Of a stretch of 64,000 nt of DNA, positions 44,875 to 56,989 are shown in pieces. How positions within the stretch are numbered: the first letter of the stretch is position 1; each line of letters starts with the position of its first letter. Source of the DNA: Dudresnaya verticillata (Eukaryota); contig OZ374561.1 of NCBI GenBank assembly GCA_977862235.1, positions 186,001 to 250,000 on the forward strand, given 5' to 3'. Made by a program: the position numbers and the translations under genes. Below the pieces are notes generated by a model. That model saw only the letters and a program-made list of their open reading frames with translations. It had not been told where the DNA came from and searched no databases.

Positions 44875-46722
44875 ATGGCGGCCGAGCTGCGCGGCGGCGG
44901 CGTGCTGGCGCCGGGCGCGGCCAAGGCGCGGCCGCGCGCGCGCATCGCGGCGCGCAAACGGCTGCGCGCCGCGCTCACGCCGCGCGTCGTGCGCCTGTTC
45001 GGCGTGGCGTGCCTCGTCGCCAGCGCGTGCGTCGCGCTGCGCCAGTTCCGTCTGGTTGCGCACGTGGCGCGCGCAGACCGCGCCGGCGCGCCGGCTAACC
45101 TGCGAGACCCTGAGACGGTGCCCGATGATGATGATGATGACGATGGAGACGATGACGACGATGATGACGCGTTGTTGAGCCTCAAGGCGGCCGAGGATTC
45201 GGTCAACTTGTGGAGGAAGGTTGACACTAACCTGCCGCCCGAGGCTGACCCGCCAGACCCCGCGTTGTATGGGACTGGGGCGGAGAGCTGCTACTCGCTG
45301 GGGCTGCCGGATGCGGTGGGGAAGAAATTGCAACGAGGGGACCCAGCGTCGTTTTGGCAGATGAATAGCAGGGCGTTGTGCTACTCGGCGCAGCCGGTGT
45401 GTTTGTACGGGCGTAGCTTGGAACATCTCATGAGTTTTGAGAAGCGTGGCTCTGGTAGATGTCACGTCGTCGCTGTGGAGAAGGGGCAAGTGCTGCCAGC
45501 GCGAGAACATGGGCTCAATGAGTCTTGTGCGGCGTGGCGACGGCGGCAGGTTGCCACAATGTTTGGGAAGGAGGTGTTTAGCCCCAATTTCGCCAACTGG
45601 GAGAAATGGACTGCAAGCCGGGTATTTAGTGATCCGCGCCGACACTCGGTTGAATGGGAATCGGACTTTGCTATTGTGGTGCCAAAGTATGACTGGTCAT
45701 ACAACATCTGCCACTATAACCGGATCTGGAACTTTATCGTATACGTGATACGAAACCTCAACCTTTTCGTCCCCGACGCTGATCGAATACGGACGATTGA
45801 TGTGCGGTTCCGCTCCGGATACGCGTACAAGGAGCTCTGGCATGTGGGTATTCGAGATGCAACGCTTCCGGCGCTGATGCGCGAAACGGGAAAGAAAATC
45901 ACGGTTGGCAAGATCCGGTTTGACTACCTCCGCGAATTCCAATGTATAAAGCGCGGAGTGCTGCTTGGCCGCGAGGGGCGAATTGACGCCTTTCCATTCT
46001 ACAATGACACGCCAGTCTGGCGCCCAGAGCATCAGCTTAACGACACGCATTGGCCCATCATCCCGCACGATTCTCTATGGCTGCGCGAGGTCGTGCTGCA
46101 AGCAAATCAACTGCCAAGCGCGGGCGTGTACACCGGGCCGGGAATCAAGAATTTCCTATCGATTCCAGTTCCTCCGCTGCGCGTCGCTGTTCTGCAACGG
46201 TCGCCACGATCACGAAGACGCCTCTCTTTGGACGCCGGCTTTTGGTTTCGTAAGATGCTCAACAAGTTGTGTGCAAAGTACAGGATGGAGCTGGTGCCTG
46301 TGCGCACCAGCTCGATGATGACGCTAGGCCAGCAAGTCAAGCAGGTCAGCCAGCTCGGGCTGGCAGTGGGTCTGCACGGCGCAAACATGGTCAACACAAT
46401 GTTTATGCCGGCCGGAGCGGCAGTGTTCGAGATCTTCCCCTGGCGTTACGTGCGCTACTACTATGCCGGCGGAGGGAACACGGGGCTGAGGTATAGCTTT
46501 CACGAGCCCGAGGGGGGGATAGATCGGCACTGTTCGTTCGAAAGCAAGACGTGCTTCATGCATTATCGCGAGTCGGTCATACTGCTAACTGACAAGGATA
46601 AGAAGCACATCCACGGAAGACTCGAAAAGGCCATGAAGTACCTTCACGATCTGCACCGGCGGCACCCAGAGGGATCCATCCCGCTCAGACGGGAAGGGAA
46701 TGTTTACCGGATCGACCGGTAG
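44875..46722 (+). CDS. Glycosyltransferase family 61 (type II Golgi membrane protein)
   Basis: N-terminal TM (LFGVACLVASACVAL), acidic stem, NICH motif, GT61 signature QQV...VGLHGANMVNTMFMPAGAAVFEIFP. Confidence 0.85.
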   Translation: MAAELRGGGVLAPGAAKARPRARIAARKRLRAALTPRVVRLFGVACLVASACVALRQFRLVAHVARADRAGAPANLRDPETVPDDDDDDDGDDDDDDDALLSLKAAEDSVNLWRKVDTNLPPEADPPDPALYGTGAESCYSLGLPDAVGKKLQRGDPASFWQMNSRALCYSAQPVCLYGRSLEHLMSFEKRGSGRCHVVAVEKGQVLPAREHGLNESCAAWRRRQVATMFGKEVFSPNFANWEKWTASRVFSDPRRHSVEWESDFAIVVPKYDWSYNICHYNRIWNFIVYVIRNLNLFVPDADRIRTIDVRFRSGYAYKELWHVGIRDATLPALMRETGKKITVGKIRFDYLREFQCIKRGVLLGREGRIDAFPFYNDTPVWRPEHQLNDTHWPIIPHDSLWLREVVLQANQLPSAGVYTGPGIKNFLSIPVPPLRVAVLQRSPRSRRRLSLDAGFWFRKMLNKLCAKYRMELVPVRTSSMMTLGQQVKQVSQLGLAVGLHGANMVNTMFMPAGAAVFEIFPWRYVRYYYAGGGNTGLRYSFHEPEGGIDRHCSFESKTCFMHYRESVILLTDKDKKHIHGRLEKAMKYLHDLHRRHPEGSIPLRREGNVYRIDR

Positions 46723-48017
46723 CAGTGGTCATTTGTCCGGCTCCCTTTGATGGATCCACATTGGGTATTGTGACGCGGTGGATGTAACATTAGTTTTTGG
46801 TGCGGGAGGCGAGAAACAAGCGTCGAATAGGGTCGTTAAAGACGGCCGGTGCGCTCGGTTGAGCACTTGTGTCGAGGGGAATCGGCGCACAACTTTGTCG
46901 TTGACCCTCTTCTGGAATGCAGCTTGTCAATGATCCGGGTTAACATTGGGCGACGTCGGAGGACAGCGGCTGTGCCGCAAGCTGTTGACGGGTTCGTTGG
47001 GTGTTCCAGTGGCAACCACGCAGTTGGCGTTGGGCTATGGGTTGCTGTGGAGATCTGGATGACGTGTTCAGGTCGTCACCATTCCCGGTCCTCGGCCCAG
47101 CGCTGCGGTTTGTGCGCGTGCATGCGTTGTGATCGGCCTTGTGTGTGTCCTGCTGCAGCCCTGACAGTTTTCGCGCTGCTCCGCGCAGACAGCGCGTGCC
47201 AATCTATGATACGTCAGGCAAATGCAGACGCGGTCTGGTGCATCCGAAGGCGCGCCAACAAGCCGCGAACCGACTGACAGCCACAAACATGCGCGGCTGT
47301 GCTCACTCGACTCGACTCGACATACACGCGCGACGCCGCGCTGCGCGGGGGACCGTCAGCAGAAAGGCGGCGGCGTCCGCACAAATGGCAGCGTGTGCAA
47401 CGTGGAGGGGGCGTTTGCTCCGATTGGGTGCAAAAAAGCCGAGCGCTGCTTGTCTGCGCTGCACGTACAGTACAGCACACGCCATTTTCAAGCAGCCCCC
47501 TGCCCAGTGCGGCGCTCACACGCACACAGACGCGCACCAACCAATCTGTACACGCCCCTCCCACGGCGCACCGCGCCGTGCTAGCGCGGCGTGCCTAAAA
47601 CCCAGGCTGCACGCGCGTCCGCGAGAGACCCGCGGAAGCGCCTATCGCTGGGTGGCGTCCCGCGACCCGACCGTGTTCACCCGCGCGCGCATTGCGCTTC
47701 GCGCGTGGCCATTCTCGCGCCGTCTCGCGCGCGCGCACGCCCGCCGCAAACGCCGCGAAAACGCGCGCGCCACGTGCATCGCGCGCGCGCCGCGCGCGGC
47801 CAGACTGCACGCCGCGCCGCGCCTGGCCTGCACGCGACGCCCGCCGCCCCGCCGCACGCCCGTCGCGCCTCTCCCATTTAAACCGCCACGCTCCGCCGAG
47901 AGCCCGCCCCCTCCGCCCGCCGCGCCGCACACACCGCACTCGCGATACTCACCCACCCGCCTGCCCAGTCCCAGTCTCCCTTCCCGGCCCTTCTAACTGC
48001 TCACCACCCTCACTACC

Positions 48018-48743
48018 ATGCATTCCTTTGCCCTCGTCGCGCTCCTCGCGCTTGCCGCGCTCGCCGCCGCCGACACCAACCCCTGCCATCCGGACAAGTG
48101 GAAGAACGGCCTGGGCGTCACCTGCCGGAAGGTCACGCTTCCGAAGAAGCTTTGCACCAAGTGCAAGCTCAAGCCCCCGGGCCCTGGCGGCAACTTTGTC
48201 AACTGCAGGGCCATCTACGACTTGGACGATCCGGAATGCCGCAAGCAGCTGCGAAAGTATGCCAAGCTCAACGAGAAATGTGACCCGGTCCGTAAGCGTC
48301 AGGTCCAGGACTTCTCCAACGCAAACAACAAGATGGGGCTTGACTACTTTGTCTACTCGATCTGCGAGGAATGCTGTGACTGCATCCCGCGCGGCGCCAC
48401 CGAGGCCCAGTACAAATCCCGCAAGGCCGCGAAAACGCTGCTGAGAGTCAACCGAGGCAACTGCCCCGCGCATGCATTCTACGACATCTGCAAGGTCTGG
48501 CCCAAGGTCAAGTTTGTCAGCCTCAAGGGCATGAAGGATGAGTTCTTCCGCCCGGAGATCTGCCCGCTGCTCACCCAGTGGAAGAACTCACCGGCCGGCC
48601 AGAATTGGCTCCTCAAGGACTTCGTGCCGCTGAATGACAACGTCAAGGCCTTCCTCTCTCGCTTCATGACGGTTGCAAAGTGCTCGGCCAAGCGTCCATG
48701 GAAGCGCTGTGTCAACCTCGAAAGCAAGCAGAACCGTTTGTAG
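48018..48743 (+). CDS. Secreted 16-cysteine protein, paralog 1 (241 aa), family not recognised
   Basis: Signal peptide MHSFALVALLALAALAAA, 16 Cys aligned with two paralogs, very high GC3, TTTAAA at 47877-47882. Confidence 0.92.
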   Translation: MHSFALVALLALAALAAADTNPCHPDKWKNGLGVTCRKVTLPKKLCTKCKLKPPGPGGNFVNCRAIYDLDDPECRKQLRKYAKLNEKCDPVRKRQVQDFSNANNKMGLDYFVYSICEECCDCIPRGATEAQYKSRKAAKTLLRVNRGNCPAHAFYDICKVWPKVKFVSLKGMKDEFFRPEICPLLTQWKNSPAGQNWLLKDFVPLNDNVKAFLSRFMTVAKCSAKRPWKRCVNLESKQNRL

Positions 48744-51074
48744 AGTACTAATACGCGCATGTCATGCGCGGAGGAAAGGGTTTTTTCGACCAGCGACTCC
48801 CCCACATGCGCTGTGTATAGCTCGTAGTCTAGTCCAGAGGTACATATGGTGGTAATTGGGCTTTGAGGATAGCTTCTCCACGTCGGTTCGGCAATATCAC
48901 GTAAACGGATCCGACCGATATGGATCAGAAACTTGCAGATCTGAGCCTGGGAGCCTGCGGTGCCAACTATCTTTCTGAATGGCGCAAGGTGCTTCGTTTT
49001 GCGGTACTGTCCGTTTTCGAACTTGTATGCATGCAGAGGGTATACCGTGAAGGGTGTGCAGAAAGGTAGAAACGCTTCCCGCACTTTGTGATGGGCAGCT
49101 TGGCACCTGGGCGTGAAGCACACCACCCCCAATTCCTAGTATTGCAGGGTACAAACGTGCCATCCCTCGCCCCAGCTGGCGCTGCAACGATCAATCCCGC
49201 GCAAATCAAACCCATCCCCCTCTGAGGCATCTACGCAAACACAACACCTCCGTGTGTTTTCGGAAAACCAGGTCGCTCTCGATCACAGAGCTTTGCGAAT
49301 TCTGGTGAGAAAGTTCCACCATGGCATGACGAAACGATGCATAATGCGGATATCTTCCGGGGTAGATTCCACGAGTCCCAAGGGGCTTGCGCAGCAAGAC
49401 ACACACACTGGCTGTGCAGAAAATCGTAACTGGTACTGTTGCGCGATTGGTATGCAAAGTATCTCATCTATCGTAGCTCAAGAGTTTACCTATTGTCCCT
49501 CCACCGCAGCCGCAGGTATTCAGACCATGGACGGTAGTGTGATGCATTTGGAGCAGCGAATCAGAGTTTTTTGATGGAGAACTGCTTGTGGTCTGGCTCT
49601 GTAACCCATATCCCACGGGTTGCAGCGTGCTGTTGGACAGCACCGCAACAAGCGTTGCCGTGATGGGGACCTTGGCAATCAGCTCTTTCCACAACTTGCA
49701 CCGCACTGGACTGAGCAAACGAATTTTTACACATTCTGGTGGAGAAAAAGAGTAATCTCGTTTCGTTTTCAAGAGGACCAGTTGGCTGGTGGGTGTGGCC
49801 GAAAGTCTGCGGCTGCTTGTTTGCTGGTGGCGATTCATGTTTGTCGCGAAGTCGCAGCCAGGGCTTGTCCCGGAGTAGGGACAAGACACTTGTGCGCCTT
49901 GCAGGTGAGGCCAGTTTTTTTAGCTATGGGGCGGCTCCTAATTGGCCAGGAAGGCGGCACGGTGCATGGATTTGTTATTGCGGTCACAAGGAATCACCAG
50001 GGCCAGTAAAGCATCTCGAGACTTCCCTGACTGTAAACATGCTAATATTCGCCGAGCCTTAGTGAGCAGCTCTTGTTGAAGAGACGTTTTTAAGACATGG
50101 TTTTGGGCTCCTCCTCCCTGTCTTTGGCTGCATTGCCTACACAACCGGGTGCATGTTTTGTATATTATGTGCAAGAGTCAAAACAAAGAGGGCCAGAGGC
50201 CATGGAAAATCAGGCGCGCGATACAGTTCAGAGCTCGCTGTTTTCCAATAAGGGGGTGGCAGAAGTGTATAATTGAGTTATTGGCGGGAACGGATGGAGC
50301 GGGGGGCCCTCCGTGGAATAACGAGCGTCGCGGCTTAAACGAAGTTCTTGAGCGGCACTGCCAACGGAGAGCCTGGCTCATAAAGGTTCAGAAATAGTAT
50401 TATGTATATCGTTGAAATTCGTCAAGAACCTAAGCTTGCGATTTCTTTGAAAGTACAGTACTGCGGCGTCAGAAAAGCCCTGATAGAAGGACGTAATAGC
50501 ACATAGGATGCAGCTCCAGCGAAAGAATCGACAATGTGGAACTATCGGTCTTCAGGTCGATACTCCCTCAATGTTATTATTATTATTATTGAATAGTAGT
50601 ACACTTACCCTCACGGCAGTACACATGCACTGGGCCGTGTGGTTTTATATATAAGAGTGTTAATTGGTTTCGCTTATCTCGAATATTCCTTGTGGCACTA
50701 ACTTATTACTGTTCTGTATGCCCAGTCATTCGACATCATATCAAAACACAGCTCCTCAGCAGCCCCATCTACGGCGACGTAACGTTTTAGGCAAACACTG
50801 AGTCAAGCATGGCACAGTGCAGCTGTGATTGTGTTACACATGCATTATTATTGTCGGCTTATCAAACACGCGTCGCCAGAAATTCCGAGACGCAACAAGA
50901 AATCTCTAAATTGCAAATGATGACAAAGCCAATATCTACTACGAACATTGCCGGCATAGTTGCTCGCTGTTGTATCATAGCAGCAGGCAAATAGCATTCG
51001 AACAAGAGCGGACTGGAATCCAAATCATGTCTGTAGATGGTTCTCAAGGTCAAAGAGATGACTGCGAGATGATA

Positions 51075-51167
51075 CGAAAACACAGTAAGCATAAGAAGAG
51101 AAAACACAGTAAGCATAAGAAGTGCTTGCTCTTAGTGCTTGCTCTTCTTATGCTTACTGTGCTTTCG
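51075..51167. repeat. Compound direct + inverted repeat (26-bp hairpin arms, 1 mismatch)
   Basis: cgaaaacacagtaagcataagaagag (51075-51100) pairs with ctcttcttatgcttactgtgctttcg (51142-51167). A direct copy of the arm lies at ~51100-51122, and agtgcttgctctt occurs twice in the loop. Confidence 0.9.
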
Positions 51168-52340
51168 TTGTTGCGGGAAATCCGCCTTGAGCCCAATTCT
51201 AACTCTGGCGGGCGGCGGCATCCTATGCCAAAGATCTGCTTTTCTATTCTGTCTCTACCGCTTTCCGAACAAGTATGCTGCACTCAGGATGATGCGCACA
51301 TAGGATGAGCATGAATACCGTACGACTCGCTTTCAGCAACATACATATTCCCCGCCTTTCTCATTTTAAGTTCCCCTCTGCAGGCGGACACCTTCGACCA
51401 GAAGGACTCGTACAGTTGTGAGTACAGTGTCCAGTACATTCGTTTGTACGAGTTATATGGAATAAATAATGGACAAGGAATTATACAGGAGCCATTATTA
51501 ACACCTCATGCCAAGTCAAAATGTCCTTAGCGCGCAATAATAGTGGTGTCTTTACAGCAAGTGTACTTTATGAATTACAGTAGGAAAAATGAAGGGAAAA
51601 GGTGCTCCTCTTGGTATGATTCAGATCCCCCTTGTACTCATAAAAGCACTATGTAGTAGAGCGTCTTTCTTGCCCTCATGACAAACGCACGCGCCCACGC
51701 CCACGGAGAAGTCGCCAGTTTGGATAAAACTACAGTATCGAAAGTTCCGACACCACACGAAAGGCAGTGTTCTTGCATGTTGCAAGTTGCACTCGATGGG
51801 ACAAGGAGTGAAGACCTACAGCATGGCAATATGGGGCGGCTGTCGCAACCCTCGTTCCCCCAAGTCGTAATCGGGTGAGACTACCTTCGAAGGTACAGTA
51901 CTGCCAAACGACGCAACTGACGTCCACATTTACGAACGGCGCGAAGTGGACTACCTAGGCCCCATCACCCAGCCTCTGTACCGCAATACTGAAACTTTAC
52001 CAGCGGATTGCGAAGGCCTACTAAACGTCCGCGGATCAGTCGGGCGGCCAGGCCGCATTGCAGCACTGGAGCACAACAGCGGCCTACCAGCCACTGTCGC
52101 ATAGCGAGTCACGACTAAAAGTCACTGAACAAAGCTTCGCCGCACCAAAAGATGCTCCACTCGTCAAGCGTAAACCAAACACTGGAAACGAACCGCAGTC
52201 CTTTGTTGCGTTTCGTCCCACACAAATCGAAACTCCGGATGAACCGAAACGCCTTGAGATGACTCGTCCTGCACCGAGAGGCACGTCATTCTGACAAAGT
52301 TTCGCTTCCGTTGAGTATGTATATAATCGATTCGCCCGCG

Positions 52341-52400
52341 CTCGACAAGCGAGGCTCGACAAGCGAGGCTCGACAAGCGAGGCTCGCTCGGCAAGCGAGG
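52341..52400. repeat. 14-bp tandem repeat ctcgacaagcgagg x3 plus a degenerate fourth copy
   Basis: Read directly from sequence. Confidence 0.9.
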
Positions 52401-53116
52401 CCTGGTGCCCAACCCTTCATTTCCTTTCTCTTCCGTTCCAGCTTTGGTCATCGACTGCAGCTTCGCCTCAGCACCGCTCCGCATGTTGCAGGAGGCATCC
52501 TCATGGCATAAGCAGCCATATCAGCCTTTGCCAGGCGAAGAAGCACTCCGCAGCGAGCAGGCAGCAGATGTGAGCACTCTGCTTCATTCAAAGCTGCAAC
52601 GCCAGAATATATTTTAGCAGCGATTCAGGAGTTCATGCCAGAAGTTGAAGCCGTTTTCCTTTGTTAGGAAGCTGCAAAGCAAAGTCATGATGCGCCCTAG
52701 AATGCTTCTGCGCTTGGAAGCACAGAGGAATCAACAGGGAAGCACTGTACAGAGATGCAAGGCATCGCTTTCACCTTCAGACGACGCCCGCGACCGTGTC
52801 ACAAGGAACATAGAAACGAACCGCCCCTTCTGCGCCCGCCGTGCTTTGTTTCGCTATGATCTGCATAGGTTCCGCTCATCAAGCGCATCCGCATGTTAAC
52901 ACCACTCGAGCGATTTCATCACGACAACGCTCCCGTCGTCAGGAGACTCGATATCAACAAAATCTTCGCAAGTTTATTACACGTACAGTGCTGTGTCGGA
53001 ATATACGACAGTCGTGCTCCACATCCTGCGCATAGTCCGCTTCTACTATACTGTACTGTATCTACATTACGTATACTGTAGGAGGCTGCCACACCATGCC
53101 GAAAGACTTGAGCGCC

Positions 53117-53860
53117 TCACACACGGTTCTGTGCCTTCTCCAGAGCTATGCAGTCATTCCAGGCATTCTTATTCTTGCATTTGGCCGCCTTCACAAATCT
53201 GTCAAGGAATTTACGGACGGAGTCTGGGATGATCGCCTCGTCCTTATTGTACAGGTTCTGGCCGTTGGGGCCAAACTTCCATGTCCTGAAGATGGGGCAC
53301 ATCTTTGGATACTTGCTCAAGTCATCGAAATCGGACGGGACGGACTCGGACGGCGTCTTTACGTAGCGCACCTCCGGCCATACTCGGCAAATATCGTAGT
53401 GGGCATGCAGCGGGCAGTTTGCACGGTCAGTCTTGAGTAGCGTGCCTGCCTTTTTGCGCACCTTGAACTCACCAGGGAGTGAACCACGCGGGATACAGTC
53501 GCAGCACTCCTCGCAGATGGAGTAGACAAAATAGTCGAGCTTAACCTTGTTCGCAGAGATGTCCTTCACCTGCTCTACGCGCTGCTTGTCGCAGGAGTTC
53601 AGGCTGGCGTATTTTTTGAGTTGTTTCTGGCAGCCCGCATCGTCCAGGTCGTAAATGGCCGCACAGTCCTTGAAGTTGCCGCCCGCCAAGAATGGGTTGA
53701 TTCGACACTTCTTGCAAAGCTTTGGCGGGATGGAGAACACCTCACAAGACACATCTTTCCCGGTAACAAAGCGCCCATCATGGCATGGATTGCGGTCCGC
53801 GAAGGCCGCCGCAAGCAGCACGACGAGAAGCGCTGCTGCAATATGTCTTGAGAGCAGCAT
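53117..53860 (-). CDS. Secreted 16-cysteine protein, paralog 2 (247 aa)
   Basis: Signal peptide MLLSRHIAAALLVVLLAAAFA, NPCH...LDYFVYSICEECCDCIPRG...QNRV. True start is ATG 53860. Confidence 0.92.
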   Translation of the reverse strand: MLLSRHIAAALLVVLLAAAFADRNPCHDGRFVTGKDVSCEVFSIPPKLCKKCRINPFLAGGNFKDCAAIYDLDDAGCQKQLKKYASLNSCDKQRVEQVKDISANKVKLDYFVYSICEECCDCIPRGSLPGEFKVRKKAGTLLKTDRANCPLHAHYDICRVWPEVRYVKTPSESVPSDFDDLSKYPKMCPIFRTWKFGPNGQNLYNKDEAIIPDSVRKFLDRFVKAAKCKNKNAWNDCIALEKAQNRV

Positions 53861-53981
53861 GGCGAAAGGAGGTTGGAAACACGCGGTCTGTGGGAAACCC
53901 CGGGCTGCGACTACGCGGGTGCTGGTCACCGAGTAGTGTGCAGGCGCGCTTGGGTGAGAAAGTCTGCTCGGAGAGCGGTGC

Positions 53982-53987
53982 TTTATA
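53982..53987 (-). promoter_or_regulatory. Putative TATA box of paralog 2
   Basis: TATAAA on the - strand ~125 bp upstream of the ATG, within GC-rich DNA; similar spacing to the TTTAAA of paralog 1. Confidence 0.45.
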
Positions 53988-56900
53988 CTCCGTCCCACTG
54001 TGCGACGCAAGGATTGCCACGCATCTGCGGCTGGGCGATATCCTACCCAGCTGCGTACGTCGGCGCAAAGGTGCCGCGGGACAGGTCCCGCACTGAGTCG
54101 AAAGCCCAAAAAATGGTTCCTTCCTGGCTCTGTCAGACACCACCCAAAGACAACGCCATGTGATGTTCGTTTGTTGCGTTACCCTCAAAATGGGGATTTG
54201 ATTACAGAGATCATGGCTTACCCAAACTGATGTCCTTCATGGCCCAAAAAAGGCACTGCATGGTAAGCAACCACATCTTCGACGGCGTCAGTTCGCCCCC
54301 GGAACTTGCGCCCCCGTCGTGAACCACATAGCATTAAAGTGCTGTCATTACAACGCGCCAAAATCAACCTCATGTGTCTGTCTGTGCGAGACAGTGGCCT
54401 ACTGGGGGCCGAAGATTTATTTTCGACAGACCTCTGTGGCGTCCCGCGATCGCGTTCACCCACGCGCGCTGCACGCATGGGATGGGCGCGGTGCAGGTGG
54501 GCAATGGTGGGGACATTGGCGGGCAATCGGGCGAGGGAAGGCCGCCGCCGGTGTGAAGAAGTGCGATTTGATCCACCGCGCGCCCTGTCGCCCCAAATCA
54601 CGGTCGGGGCGGCCCCTGGTCCCTTCGCCCTCTCGAAAAACGCGCGTTTCTCGCGTCACCACCGTCACCCCCGTCACATGCGCACGTCCGCCGTGATCGA
54701 AATGATTGGTTGGGAAGTGGGACACGTGTCTTTAGCTGGGGTCGAATCGACACGGGCCAATGGGAGGCCTGGATTGGCTAGGCAGCAAAACATGTGCTCT
54801 TGGTACGCAAGCTATTCCAGAAGACTGTAATGTTGCCTGCTTCCAATTGACTAGTTTGCCGCCTAAACACAGGCACCGGACCACGAACCAGCAGTCAGAA
54901 GCACGTAGTCCAGTGTTTGATTGTGAGCTATTATTGATGGGCAACTGCTCGCGTCTTTTTCCGCGAGATCAAGGAAATCCAAGGCGATAGGGAGTTGCAA
55001 AAAAAGTTGCAAAGGCCACTGGAAAATGCAATCTCAGACAAGAAGTGCAAAGTCGAAACTCGGAGGGCACCGATAGGCACGACAAACTGCATTTGCGTTT
55101 CTCTGAAGGGTGAGCCTTTGCAGCCTTGGACAAGCGTACATTGTAGAAGAGCAGTGCCCACTGCTGGCAGTGGCAGAGGCACACGTTTTTGGAAACAATG
55201 ATTGCAGATACCTTCGGGGACAAAAACCTTCGCAGTTTGCTATGAAAGAACTTCTCTCGGGCGCCTCAGGATCAATGGAATGCAGTGTTTTTGTGGATAG
55301 AAAGCGCAACCCCTTCGTGTTGAGATGAGATACCGCATGCCTCACGGCATCAATAAGCACACATACCTTGAACGTTCTTATATTGCTATGAGATGCCTTT
55401 AAAATGTGTTTCGAAGTCTGGAGCGCATCTCCGTTTGCTATAATGGTACTTCTGGAAGATTTCGATTATGAAGAGACTGCCAAGATTTCTGCATGAAGGA
55501 TTGTCAGGCGCTTTGCGACGATGATTTGAATAACATACGGACTCCGAGACACTATACGTGTACGAATCACAACGCAGAAATGGCTCCTCCTGAGCCTTCG
55601 ACCCACTCGAATTTTTCCGCTGGTACCAATGCTTTTGATCCCCCGTTGAAGTTGAGCAAAGTCTGAAAGGAACATACACAGCTTGAGGGCACGAGCTTTT
55701 AACCGGCTGCTCTACTTCTGCTTCAGATGAAAACAATGCTCTCCGATAGGGACGGTTCCTGGCATACTTTCCGATAATAGGCGATGGGCAGCCGTGTGGC
55801 TGCCAGTCGCTTGAGGGTCCCCAGCTCGAGGCAAATAAGTATTCTGCAACAGCGACAATACCAACTACATCCTGCAAACGGCAGAAGGAGCTTTAGAGGC
55901 TACATCACTCAAATCGCGAGTGACCCGGGTTGATTAGATCCAATCCATTCACCTACCGCTGGTGGACCTGCCGTGTCGCTTTCCTTGACTCGCAATTCTC
56001 CACCAATCGTAAATTCCTTCTTTGAAGGTTCAAAAAAGCCGCTAGTGTACAACATGTAGATGGTTGCGGTTACGCATCGTAACGCACAGAGGTTGACAAG
56101 CAACGACTACTTGTACAGAGCAACGCGCTTCAAGCTATTGAAAGCAACATTTTGTAGAAAACCAGTGTACAAACAATGTGGCTTTTTTCAATGTGGCGAT
56201 TTTAGAAGACTGCAATAGCCTCTTTTGATGAGCATAACACAGCTCTCGGTAATCTTCTTGAGAAACTCTGTTTCTGTTCGAAGTTTGGCTTCCTGAGAAA
56301 ATGAAATGGACAGCTGATTGCAATCGCCGTATTGTCGACTATCGTATGGGTTTGAACCCCAGCGTACAAGCAACTGTCGAAATTCCATGCTCCATCCGTT
56401 GCGGAGACATTACTGCCTAAGCCAAACATCCTTCTCGAAAAAGACACGAGCAGCTACGGCAACGAATAGGGCCTCAAATTCGCTCCGTGGACCGGAAAGG
56501 TCTAGGAGAAAGGGAAGATTGGCGACAGATAACGGACAAGGCCTGATAGCGCAGCGTAGAAGCGAATAGGAGACGGAAGGGGACCCAATTTTTTGCCGAC
56601 CGGGTGTTTCTGCCATGAGTAGAAGGATGCAAGTGTGGTGCAATGCCAGGCACTGAATTGCTCTAGTTGGTTGCGAACTGTTTCGAAGTTAGCAACTCCA
56701 TGTTATATTGATGCTAGTGATGATGGGCACAAGCTCCTCTTAGATAGAAACATTTCAAGTCAACATCCAGAGATCTCATGGAGAGTGGCTTTCTTTACAG
56801 CCATGCCAATCACTGACGCCGCATCCATAACCACATATACCCCCTTCCCCTGGGAGCTTCCTAGAGTTCCCTCTCACCGACTGAGAAAAAGTTCCGCCTT

Positions 56901-56989
56901 TTCTCTCGTCAACATCTTAACAACTAAACCACCAAGGTCAGTTAGTCACATGCAACTAGATTAACTGCTCTACCCTGCGAGTAAATTTC

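Noticed and set aside
50499..51307. 12-bp direct repeat gcacataggatg ~800 bp apart as a possible target-site duplication
   Set aside because: No terminal inverted repeats, LTRs or polyA just inside the copies; could be chance
26303..52400. Short tandem repeats as CRISPR-like arrays
   Set aside because: Units are contiguous with no unique spacers, there are no cas genes, and the context is eukaryotic
56345..56372. ATGGGTTTGAACCCCAG T-arm-like sequence
   Set aside because: No cloverleaf can be built upstream
54200..56900. Possible fourth or pseudogenised Cys-rich paralog in the spacers (also 49-53 kb and 58-59.8 kb)
   Set aside because: I found no NPCH, CEECCDC or QNR remnants in the frames I translated or in the ORF track; a tBLASTn would be decisive
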